Source: Acidobacteriota bacterium
GTDB taxonomy: Bacteria > Acidobacteriota > UBA4820 > DSQY01
Assembly: GCA_037444825.1 (NCBI GenBank)
Contig: JBBILR010000001.1
Coordinates: 11,879 to 75,878, forward strand
DNA length: 64,000 nucleotides
Direction of reading: 5' to 3'
Under the pieces are notes generated by a model. That model saw only the letters and a list, made by a program, of their open reading frames with translations, was not told the DNA's origin and did not search any database. Shown piece by piece: positions 10,040 to 17,780 of this stretch. The position numbers and the translations under genes are program-made. Position 1 is the stretch's first letter. Every line of letters starts with the position of its first letter.

Positions 10040-11440
10040 TCAGGCGTGGAGGTAGAGCTCGAACTCCCTCGGGTGGGGTCTCTCCGCCAGGTCCCGCGCC
10101 TCCTGCCGCTTGAGGGCGATCCAGGCCTCGATGAGGTCCTCGGTGAAGACTCCCCCCACAAGAAGAAAGTCGTGGTCCCGCTCCAGGGCGTCCAGGGCCC
10201 AGTTGAGGGAGGAGGGCAGGGCCGGAATGGCGCGCAGCTCCTCCTCCGGCATGGAGTAGAGGTCCTTGGCCAGCGGGACGCCGGGGTCCAGCTTCCGCCG
10301 GATCCCGTCCAGTCCGGCCATCAACATGGCCGCCACCGCCAGGTGGCTGTTGCAGGTGGCGTCGGGGGGCCGGTACTCGATCCGGACGCTCTGCGGGTCC
10401 TTGGCGTAGCCGGGGATGCGGATGGCGGCGGTCCGGTTTCCCACGGAGTAGGCCAGACGCACCGGCGCCTCGAAGCCGGGCACCAGCCGCTTGTAGGAGT
10501 TGGTGCTGGGGTTGGTGAAGGCGGCCAGCGCCGCCCCGTGCGCCAGGAGCCCGCCCACGTAGTGGAGGCCCACCGGCGAGAGGGGCGCCTTGCCCTTGGG
10601 GTCGAAGAAGGCCGACCGGCGCCCGTCGGTGAGGTACTGGTGGAAGTGGAGGCCGCTCCCCGCCTCCCCGTAGAGGGGCTTGGGCATGAAGGTGGCCACC
10701 ACCCCCTGGGAGAGGGCCACGTTCCGCACGATCCACTTGGCCAGTGCCACGGCGTCGGCCGCCTTGAGCAGGGGAAGGAAGTTCAGCTCGATCTCCACCT
10801 GGCCGGCGGGCCCCACCTCGTGGTGGTGGTACTTCACGGGGATCCCCACCTCGGCGAGCCGGCGGCACATGGCGGCCCTGAGGTCCTCGAATCGGTCCGC
10901 CGGGGCCGCGGCGTGGTACCCCTTCCGCCGCCCTTCGTGCTCCGGAATCCGGGGATTCCCGCCCGGGTCGCCGGCCTCCCGGGAGAAGATCTTGTAGCCG
11001 CTGTGGCCGGGGCGGCCGTAGACCCGGACCTCGTCGAAGAGGTAGAACTCCAGCTCGGGAAGCCAGAGGCTGTGCTCGCCCCGCCGCGTCCGGGCGAGGT
11101 GCCGCTCGGCCTTGCGGGCCACGTGGCGGGGGTCCCGGGAGAACCCCTCCCGGGCGTCCACGTCCACGAGGTCTCCCAGGAAGCAGAGGGTGGGCTCCTC
11201 GGCGAAGGGGTGCCGGAAGGAGGCGGAGAGGTCCGGTTTGAGGACCATGTCGCCGGACTTGACCTTCCGAAAGCCCGTCACCGACGAGCCGTCCACGCCC
11301 ACGCCACCCTCGGCCAGCGCGGGGGTGAAGCGCTCCGCGGGAAGGGAGAGGTGGTGCCAGGCGCCGAGGAGGTCGGTGTACATGAGGTCCACGAAGGCGA
11401 TGCCGCCGGCCTGGATGTCGTCGAAGAGGTCTCGTTTCAT
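10040..11440 (-). CDS. glnA: glutamine synthetase type I
   Basis: From M104 of the track ORF: MKRDLFDDIQAGGIAFVDLMYTDLLGAWHHLS... runs 466 aa with GS catalytic motifs (KPLYGEAGSGLHFHQ). GGGGAGGA lies 8 nt upstream of the ATG at 11440. Confidence 0.9.
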   Translation of the reverse strand: MKRDLFDDIQAGGIAFVDLMYTDLLGAWHHLSLPAERFTPALAEGGVGVDGSSVTGFRKVKSGDMVLKPDLSASFRHPFAEEPTLCFLGDLVDVDAREGFSRDPRHVARKAERHLARTRRGEHSLWLPELEFYLFDEVRVYGRPGHSGYKIFSREAGDPGGNPRIPEHEGRRKGYHAAAPADRFEDLRAAMCRRLAEVGIPVKYHHHEVGPAGQVEIELNFLPLLKAADAVALAKWIVRNVALSQGVVATFMPKPLYGEAGSGLHFHQYLTDGRRSAFFDPKGKAPLSPVGLHYVGGLLAHGAALAAFTNPSTNSYKRLVPGFEAPVRLAYSVGNRTAAIRIPGYAKDPQSVRIEYRPPDATCNSHLAVAAMLMAGLDGIRRKLDPGVPLAKDLYSMPEEELRAIPALPSSLNWALDALERDHDFLLVGGVFTEDLIEAWIALKRQEARDLAERPHPREFELYLHA

Positions 11441-11534
11441 GGGCGCGGTCCTCCCCTGGCAGGGTAGGCGCGACGGGGTCCACTCTTCAAGGCCGGAGGG
11501 GAGGCCCGCGACCCGCCCGGGTGAGGTGCCCCGT

Positions 11535-12782
11535 TCAGCCTTCGTCGTCCAGACGGTGGACGCCGGAGGAGGAAGGGGAGGGGGAGCGGATGGGCTGGGA
11601 ATCGGAGGGCAGGAGATTCCGCACGCCCGATTCGGCGGGGGAAACGGGGTGGGCCCCCGAATCGGAGAGCCCCGGAGGGGCGGGCTCTTTTTTCCGAGCC
11701 GCCCGCCGGGCTCGGGCCAGCACCGTGAAGAGGTAGACGGCCAGGGCACTCCCCGCCGCGAAGAGGACCAGGAAAAGGGAAAGGGCCCCCCACTGGGGGC
11801 GGAAGGCCGGCGGGGGCTCCGCCGCCGCCCGGAGAAGGGCGTCCCGGACCACGTCCCTCAGGATCACCATGGAGAGCAGGGTGAGCAGGAGGCAGGCGGC
11901 GGAGGCGCGCAGGAAGGCGGAGGCTTTCACGGAGTTGATGCCCATGAGGGAGAGGACCAGCGCCGCGAGGCCGAAGAGGAGGCCCGCGGCCAACGCGGAG
12001 GTCCCCAGAAGGTTCCCCCCCATGGCGGCCCGGATTCCCTCGTCGGGCAGCGCCAGGAGCCACCAAGTCCCGGCGGCGAAGTTCACCAGCGTCGCCCCCG
12101 CGAACCAGGTGATGCCGCTACGGTACTGCCAGCGGCCCCGTTCGGGTTCCAGGGGGAGCCGCCGGGCTCCACGGATGGCCACCACCAGCCCCGTCAGGGC
12201 CACCGAGGCGAGGAAGAAGTGGAGGAAGCGGGGCAGGACGGTGAAGTCGGCGAGGTTGAACTGGAAGCCGCCGGGGTGGCTCAGGTACTTGGCGGGGAAG
12301 CGCTCCGGGTCGGAGAGGAGGGCGAAGAGGTTGGCCTGGGTGAAGCCGACGTAGCCCAGCCCCAGAAAGGCCCCCAGGGCGACCCCGGCGGCCCCCTTCC
12401 CCCCCTCTCGAAGGCGCCTCTCCAGAAAGTAGAGGAGGCCGTAGGCGGCCAGGAGCACGGGGATCACGAGCAAAACGGGCGTTCCCAGGAGGATGGAGGC
12501 CGTGTAGAAAAGGCGTCCGTAGAGGACCTGGACGAAGAGCAGGGGGGCCACACCGAAGAGAATGGCGAAGGCCGTGAGCGACGGAAGGTAGGAGGCGAGA
12601 AGGGCCGCCATTTCGCGGTGCTTTTCTTGCCCTTTGAAGAGGTAGACCGCGGTGAGGAAGGCCCCCCCCCAGACGGCGTTCATGAAGAGCAGGTGGAGGG
12701 TGAAGGTGGCGTACAGCAGCACCTTGACCAGCCAGAGGGGGCCGGGGACGGGAAGGTCGGGCGGGGCGGCGGGACCGATCAT
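11535..12782 (-). CDS. polytopic membrane protein, partner of the CydA-like subunit (CydB-position subunit, no clear CydB signature)
   Basis: MIGPAAPPDLPVPGPLWLVKVLLYATFTLHLLFMNAVWGGAFL... is 416 aa and very hydrophobic. Its ATG overlaps the upstream stop as ATGA (12779-12782). Confidence 0.6.
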   Translation of the reverse strand: MIGPAAPPDLPVPGPLWLVKVLLYATFTLHLLFMNAVWGGAFLTAVYLFKGQEKHREMAALLASYLPSLTAFAILFGVAPLLFVQVLYGRLFYTASILLGTPVLLVIPVLLAAYGLLYFLERRLREGGKGAAGVALGAFLGLGYVGFTQANLFALLSDPERFPAKYLSHPGGFQFNLADFTVLPRFLHFFLASVALTGLVVAIRGARRLPLEPERGRWQYRSGITWFAGATLVNFAAGTWWLLALPDEGIRAAMGGNLLGTSALAAGLLFGLAALVLSLMGINSVKASAFLRASAACLLLTLLSMVILRDVVRDALLRAAAEPPPAFRPQWGALSLFLVLFAAGSALAVYLFTVLARARRAARKKEPAPPGLSDSGAHPVSPAESGVRNLLPSDSQPIRSPSPSSSGVHRLDDEG

Positions 12783-14296
12783 GGCTTGCCCCTCCGGGAA
12801 ACCGTCGTGAGGTACTCCGCCAGCATTCTCCGTTCCTCGTCGGTGCCCGTCCAGGGGGGCATGGCCTCGCTCATGGCGTCCAGGGCGGTGAGGAGGTCGG
12901 AGGCCTCCTCCGCCGAGGAGGAGGCGAAGGCCGCCGAAAGGGGCCGGAAGGGGCCGTGGAGGGTGTGGCAGGCGGCGCACCGCCGGCGAAAGGCCTCTTC
13001 GCCGGTGGCGGAGGGCGTGGGGGCCGACCCTTGGAGAAGGAAGCGCGCCAGCGCGCGGGCCTCCCCGGCGTTGCCCGGAAACGGGGGCATGGGCCCCCGA
13101 AGGGCGTCGGCGTGGAGAACCAGGGCGGCCACGTACGGTTCTTCCAGACCCCGGAGGCGGGGCCTCAAGGCCCGGGGCCCGCCGTCGAGGCCGTGGCAGG
13201 GGCCGCAGGCTCTCAGAAAGAGCGCCCTGCCCGCCCGGGGGTCCTCGGGGGTCCAGGCTTTGCCTCCGTCGGCGGTGTAGGGGGAGGCGGCCAGCATCCC
13301 CTTGTCCCTCAAGACGCCGAGTTCCGGCAGGGAAACGTGGTTGCCGTACAGGTAGCCGGGGATGAGCCAGGGCTTGCGGAGGCCTTCCCGGCCCCACTCG
13401 AAGGAGGCCACCGCCAGAAAGGCGAAGAGGAAGAGGCCGATGGCGGACCCCCGGCCGAAGGTCCGGGGCCGCCGAAGCACCAGGAGGGGGGTGAGGACCG
13501 CGAGGTGGAGAAGGGCGGCCGCCAGCAGAAGGGCCGCGTGGAGGCTGGAGGGGGCGGCCGTGAGGATCGCCCGCCGGTCGGGCGGCAGGAACCGGTAGAA
13601 GGCGAAAATCGCCGGGGGTAGCAGGAGGGAGGCGGTCAGGACGAAGCCGGCGGCGGACCTCCCCACCTCCGCCTTGAGGACTCGGTCGGAGTCCCGGGAC
13701 ACGGCCAGCAGGGCGTAGGCTCCCCCCAACAGGAGGCAGAGAAGGGTTCTCACCGCCAGGGACGGGAGAAAGTTGGCGTTGAAGACCGCCGGCAGGAGCG
13801 CCCCCGTCTCCAGCCAGCGGCCGGGGGTCAGCTGAAAGGCCAGGATGGCGTCGATGGCCACCAGGGAGAGAAAGGCCGAGGCGAAGTAGATCCAGCCCAC
13901 GGCGAGGTGGCTCCGGCGGGGAAGGACCTCCCACCCCTTCACGTAGACCAGGATGGAGGCGATCTCCACCAGGAAGAAGACCCACTCCACCGCCCAGACC
14001 CAGACGAAGGTCCGGATGAGGGCGAATGTCCCCTCCGGGCTGATGAGGCCGATGACGAACCAGATCCCCACCCCCGTGACCGCCCCCACGGTCAGGGTGA
14101 GAAGGGCGAAGAACCGGGAGAAGCGGACCAGGAACTCCCGGAGGGCGGGGTCGCCCAGGCGGTGGGCGCGGTGTTCCCCCAGGACGAGGAAGAGGCCGCC
14201 CCCGATGGCGAACTGGGAGACGAAGACGTGCAGGACCGCCACGGCGGCGATGATCCACCGAACGCCGACGGCCGGGTCCCAGACGGGAAAGGTCAC
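12779..14296 (-). CDS. cytochrome bd-type quinol oxidase subunit I-like membrane domain (truncated CydA) fused to a C-terminal di-haem c-type cytochrome domain
   Basis: MTFPVWDPAVGVRWIIAAVAVLHVFVSQFAIGGGLFLVL resembles the CydA N-terminus. The C-terminal soluble region carries two CxxCH motifs (CGPCHGLDG, CAACHTLHG). It starts at GTG with GGGAGGG 4 nt upstream. Confidence 0.65.
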   Translation of the reverse strand: MTFPVWDPAVGVRWIIAAVAVLHVFVSQFAIGGGLFLVLGEHRAHRLGDPALREFLVRFSRFFALLTLTVGAVTGVGIWFVIGLISPEGTFALIRTFVWVWAVEWVFFLVEIASILVYVKGWEVLPRRSHLAVGWIYFASAFLSLVAIDAILAFQLTPGRWLETGALLPAVFNANFLPSLAVRTLLCLLLGGAYALLAVSRDSDRVLKAEVGRSAAGFVLTASLLLPPAIFAFYRFLPPDRRAILTAAPSSLHAALLLAAALLHLAVLTPLLVLRRPRTFGRGSAIGLFLFAFLAVASFEWGREGLRKPWLIPGYLYGNHVSLPELGVLRDKGMLAASPYTADGGKAWTPEDPRAGRALFLRACGPCHGLDGGPRALRPRLRGLEEPYVAALVLHADALRGPMPPFPGNAGEARALARFLLQGSAPTPSATGEEAFRRRCAACHTLHGPFRPLSAAFASSSAEEASDLLTALDAMSEAMPPWTGTDEERRMLAEYLTTVSRRGKP

Positions 14297-14324
14297 CTTC
14301 GGCCCTCCCAGGTCCCCAGGGGAC

Positions 14325-15464
14325 TCACTTGAGGACGTTCTTGGAAATCACCAGGCGCTGGACCTGGTTGGTTCCCTCGTAAATCTGCGACAGCTTGGCG
14401 TCCCGCATGATCTTCTCGACGATGTAGTCCTTGGAGTAGCCGTCCCCGCCCATGATCTGAACGCAGTCGGTGGCCACCTTCATGGCCACGTCGGTGGCGT
14501 AGTACTTGGCCATGGCGCTGTAGGTCCCCACCTCCCTGTCCTGGTCGGTCAGAAGGGCGGCGTTCCAGACCAGGAAGCGGGCGGCGGTGATCTCCGTCAG
14601 CATTTCGGCGAACAGGAAGCCCACGGCCTGGAAGGAGGCGATGGGCTGGCCGAACTGCTTGCGGTTGAGGGCCCATTTCTTGGCCACCTCCCAGGCCTCC
14701 CGGGCCATGCCCACCGCCGCCGCGGCCACCCCGGCCCGCGTGCGGTTGAAGGTCTTCATGGCCACCAGGAAGCCCTGGTTCTCCTTCCCGACGAGGTTCT
14801 CCACGGGGACGGCCACGTCGTGGTACTCGATCTCCACCTGGCAGGAGGCCCGCTGGCCCATCTTGGGAAGCTCCCGCCCGATGACCACCCCCGGGGTGTC
14901 GGTGGGGACCACGATGGCCGACATCCCCCGGGCGCCCCGGCCGGGGTCGGTGTTGCAGAAGACGGTGTGGTACATGGCCTGCTTGCCGTTGGTGATGAAG
15001 CGCTTCTGCCCGTTGATCACGTACTTGTCGCCCTGGCGCACGGCGGTGGTCTTCACGGCGCCGGCGTCGGAGCCCGCCTCCGGCTCGGTGAGGCAGAAGG
15101 CGGCCAGGCCCCGGGATTCCACCAGGTGGCCGAAGATCCGCTTCTTGAGGTCGTCGCTTCCGGCGATGAGGAGGGGCGTCAGCGCCAGGTTGTTGGCGTC
15201 GATGCAGATGCCGATGCCGGAGCAGGCGGCCCCCAGCTCTTCGCTGGCCAGGCAGCCTTCGAAGGACGAGTGGCCCGCCCCGCCGTACTCCTTGGGGATG
15301 GCGCCGTTGATGATCCCCTCGTCGTAGGCCTTCTGCACCACCGCCCACGGGAACTCGCAGGTTTCGTCGTGGTGTCTCGCCACGGGGCGGATGACCCGGT
15401 CGGCGAAGTCCTTTGTCTTCTCGATGAGTTCCCGGTGCTCCTTCGACAGCTCGAAATTGACCAT
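14325..15464 (-). CDS. acyl-CoA dehydrogenase
   Basis: MVNFELSKEHRELIEKTKDFADRVIRPVARHHDETCEFPW...ACAD fold motifs. The ATG at 15464 is preceded by CAGGAGGG. The track start at 15482 is a TTG that would translate the RBS. Confidence 0.85.
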   Translation of the reverse strand: MVNFELSKEHRELIEKTKDFADRVIRPVARHHDETCEFPWAVVQKAYDEGIINGAIPKEYGGAGHSSFEGCLASEELGAACSGIGICIDANNLALTPLLIAGSDDLKKRIFGHLVESRGLAAFCLTEPEAGSDAGAVKTTAVRQGDKYVINGQKRFITNGKQAMYHTVFCNTDPGRGARGMSAIVVPTDTPGVVIGRELPKMGQRASCQVEIEYHDVAVPVENLVGKENQGFLVAMKTFNRTRAGVAAAAVGMAREAWEVAKKWALNRKQFGQPIASFQAVGFLFAEMLTEITAARFLVWNAALLTDQDREVGTYSAMAKYYATDVAMKVATDCVQIMGGDGYSKDYIVEKIMRDAKLSQIYEGTNQVQRLVISKNVLK

Positions 15465-15492
15465 GAGGCCCTCCTGATTCAAAGGGGACTCC

Positions 15493-15582
15493 GGGACTGG
15501 GTGACTAGGGGACTAGGAAAAGGCCGAAAAAAGGAGTGCTGAATCCTCCACCAAGTCCCCTAGTCCCTTAGTCCCCTGGTCC
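15493..15582. repeat. tandem, inverted copies of a GGGGACTAGG-like 9-10-mer forming a long imperfect stem-loop between thiG and the acyl-CoA dehydrogenase gene
   Basis: The left arm is GGGACTGGGTGACTAGGGGACTAGG. The right arm is CCAAGTCCCCTAGTCCCTTAGTCCCCTGGTCC. A 34-nt loop contains an A6/T6 run. Confidence 0.5.
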
Positions 15583-15590
15583 TGTCCCGT

Positions 15591-16361
15591 TCATTTCACG
15601 AGCCCCTCCACGGGGGAAGAGGCGGTGGCGTACCGTCTCATGGGGATGCGCCCGGCCAGGAAGGCCTCCCGTCCCGCCTCCACGGCCTTCCGCATGGCCC
15701 GGGCCATGAGGACCGGGTCCTTCGCCCCGGCGACGCCGGTGTTCATGAGGACGCCGTCCACCCCCAGCTCCATGGCCTTGGCCGCGTCGCTGGCCGTCCC
15801 CACGCCGGCGTCCACGATGACGGGGACGTGGATGAACTCCCGGATCAGGGCGATGTTGTGGGGGTTCTGGACGCCCATCCCCGAGCCGATGGGGGCGCCC
15901 AGGGGCATGACGGCGGCGGCCCCCGCGTCCACCAGCTTCTTCGCGTTGACGAGGTCGTCGTTGGTGTACGGCAGGACGACGAAGCCCTCCTTCACCAGGA
16001 TCTTGGTGGCTTCCAGCAGGGCCTCGTTGTCGGGGAAGAGGGTCTTCTCGTCGCCGATGACCTCCAGCTTGACCCATTCGGACATGCCGGCCTCCCGCGC
16101 CAGCCGGGCCGTGCGGACGGCCTCCTCGGCGGTGTAGCAACCGGCGGTGTTGGGGAGGAGGAAGTACCTGCGCGGGTCCACGTAATCGAGCAGGGAGGGC
16201 TTGGAACGGTCCAGCTCCACCCGCCGGACGGCCACCGTCACCACCTCCGCCCCGCTCTCCTCGAGGGCCCTTTGCATGGTGGGGAAGTCGGGGTACTTGC
16301 CGGTGCCCAGGAAAAGCCGGCTTTGAAAAGCGCGCCCGGCGATGGTCAGCGTGTCGGTCAT
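15591..16361 (-). CDS. thiG: thiazole synthase
   Basis: [48 protein letters not shown]... is a full-length ThiG match (256 aa). Confidence 0.95.
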   Translation of the reverse strand: MTDTLTIAGRAFQSRLFLGTGKYPDFPTMQRALEESGAEVVTVAVRRVELDRSKPSLLDYVDPRRYFLLPNTAGCYTAEEAVRTARLAREAGMSEWVKLEVIGDEKTLFPDNEALLEATKILVKEGFVVLPYTNDDLVNAKKLVDAGAAAVMPLGAPIGSGMGVQNPHNIALIREFIHVPVIVDAGVGTASDAAKAMELGVDGVLMNTGVAGAKDPVLMARAMRKAVEAGREAFLAGRIPMRRYATASSPVEGLVK

Positions 16362-16468
16362 GGGGAAGCCTCCCGCAGAGGCCCCATGCTACCACAAAAG
16401 GCTCCCCGCCTACCTCCTCTGGACCTCCAGGGCGCGGGCGGGTATGCTGGAAGAGGAGGCGGTGCCCC

Positions 16469-16648
16469 ATGCCCATGGATCCGGAGTTTCTCGAAATCCT
16501 CGCCTGCCCCCTCTGCAAGGCGCCCTTCGAGTACCGCGAAAAGGCGGGGAAGGAACAGCTGGTCTGCACGCAGTGCCGGCGGGCCTACCCCATCGAGGAC
16601 GGAATCCCCATCCTCCTGCCCGACGCGGGGGTCCCGGAGGGCGGGTGA
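16469..16648 (+). CDS. Trm112-family (DUF343, YcaR-like) small zinc-ribbon protein, 59 aa; absent from the ORF track (below its length cutoff)
   Basis: Translated by hand as MPMDPEFLEILACPLCKAPFEYREKAGKEQLVCTQCRRAYPIEDGIPILLPDAGVPEGG. AGAGGAGG lies about 9 nt upstream. It is divergent from thiG. Confidence 0.7.
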   Translation: MPMDPEFLEILACPLCKAPFEYREKAGKEQLVCTQCRRAYPIEDGIPILLPDAGVPEGG

Positions 16649-16663
16649 GGGGATGCGGCCCCG

Positions 16664-17305
16664 TCAGGGGGCCGTGCGGTCCTTGAAGAGTTTCTTCAGC
16701 TTGGCCAGCTTGGGGGAGATGACCAGGGCGCAGTAGGGGGCGTCCGGGTGCTTCCGGAAGTAATCGCGGTGGTAGTCCTCCGCGGGGTAGAAGGCTCGGA
16801 GGGGGACCACCTCCGTCACCACCGGCCGGGGGTAGGTCCCGGAAGCCTCCACGCTCCGGATGACCTTTTCCGCGGTCAGGCGCTGGCCCTCGTTCCGAAA
16901 CAGGACGATGGAGCGGTACTGGGTCCCCACGTCGGCCCCCTGGCGGTCCTTGGTGGTGGGGTCGTGGAGGGCGAAGAAGACCTCCAGAAGAGCCTCCAGG
17001 GGTAGCACCTGGGGGTCGAAGACCACCTTCACCACCTCCGCGTGCCCCGTCCTGCCGGTGCAGACCTGCTCGTAGGCGGGGTTGGGGACCGTCCCCCCGG
17101 CGTAGCCGGGCGTCACCGACACCACGCCCCTCAACTCCTGGAAGATGGCCTCCAGGCACCAGAAGCAGCCGCCGCCCAGCACGATCGTTTCCGTCGCCAC
17201 CGTCCGCCCCCCGTGGGAAGGCCCTTGCGCCCGCGGTTGGAATTCCCTTCCGGCCGCGGCGGCGAGGGCGAGAAGCGCGAAAAGAGCCAGGACATGCCTG
17301 CCCAA
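16664..17305 (-). CDS. msrA: peptide methionine sulfoxide reductase A (probably exported; start approximate)
   Basis: The core is ETIVLGGGCFWCLEAIFQELRGVVSVTPGYAGG...HDPTTKDRQGADVGTQYRS. It is preceded by the signal-like GRHVLALFALLALAAAAG. There is no in-frame ATG, so I place the start at a TTG at 17305. The upstream part of the track ORF is low-complexity junk. Confidence 0.75.
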   Translation of the reverse strand: MGRHVLALFALLALAAAAGREFQPRAQGPSHGGRTVATETIVLGGGCFWCLEAIFQELRGVVSVTPGYAGGTVPNPAYEQVCTGRTGHAEVVKVVFDPQVLPLEALLEVFFALHDPTTKDRQGADVGTQYRSIVLFRNEGQRLTAEKVIRSVEASGTYPRPVVTEVVPLRAFYPAEDYHRDYFRKHPDAPYCALVISPKLAKLKKLFKDRTAP

Positions 17306-17780
17306 AACGATTCCAGAAATCTCCTGGAAAACCCTGCGGGACGGGGGCTCCGCCGCTGCCGCGGCGGGGGAGGCCTGGACCGGACGCGTCCGCGAGGGCG
17401 CGTCCTCGCCTCGGTCCTTGGCCTCCCGGCGCCCTTCGGGCGCCCCGTCCCGCTTGCGCATTCTTTTCCTGCCCGCCCCCCACTCTCTTGGGTTGAGGCC
17501 GCAAGTCCCGGACCTTGGGCTTTGTCGGACTTCGGCGTCCGAATCCTCAACGTACCTCAAGTACGCCTCCGGTTCGGCCGCCTCGTCCTTCGCGCCCAAG
17601 GCCCAATCCTGCGGCCTGCCTTTCCCCCTCCGCTCCGCTCCGGGGGAAAGGCGGAACCTGGCAAGAATTCTGGACGGTCGTGGAGCCAGGACTTTCCTCA
17701 TGAGCCCTGGAACGCCGGGGCGTCGGCCCTTCTTCCCGCCGCGGGGGAGGGGGAGGGCTCGGGGCCCTCCCCCGCGGGGG

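Noticed and set aside
11441-11534. Possible sigma54/NtrC promoter for glnA
   Set aside because: I found no TGGCAC-N5-TTGC match in the 94-bp upstream region.
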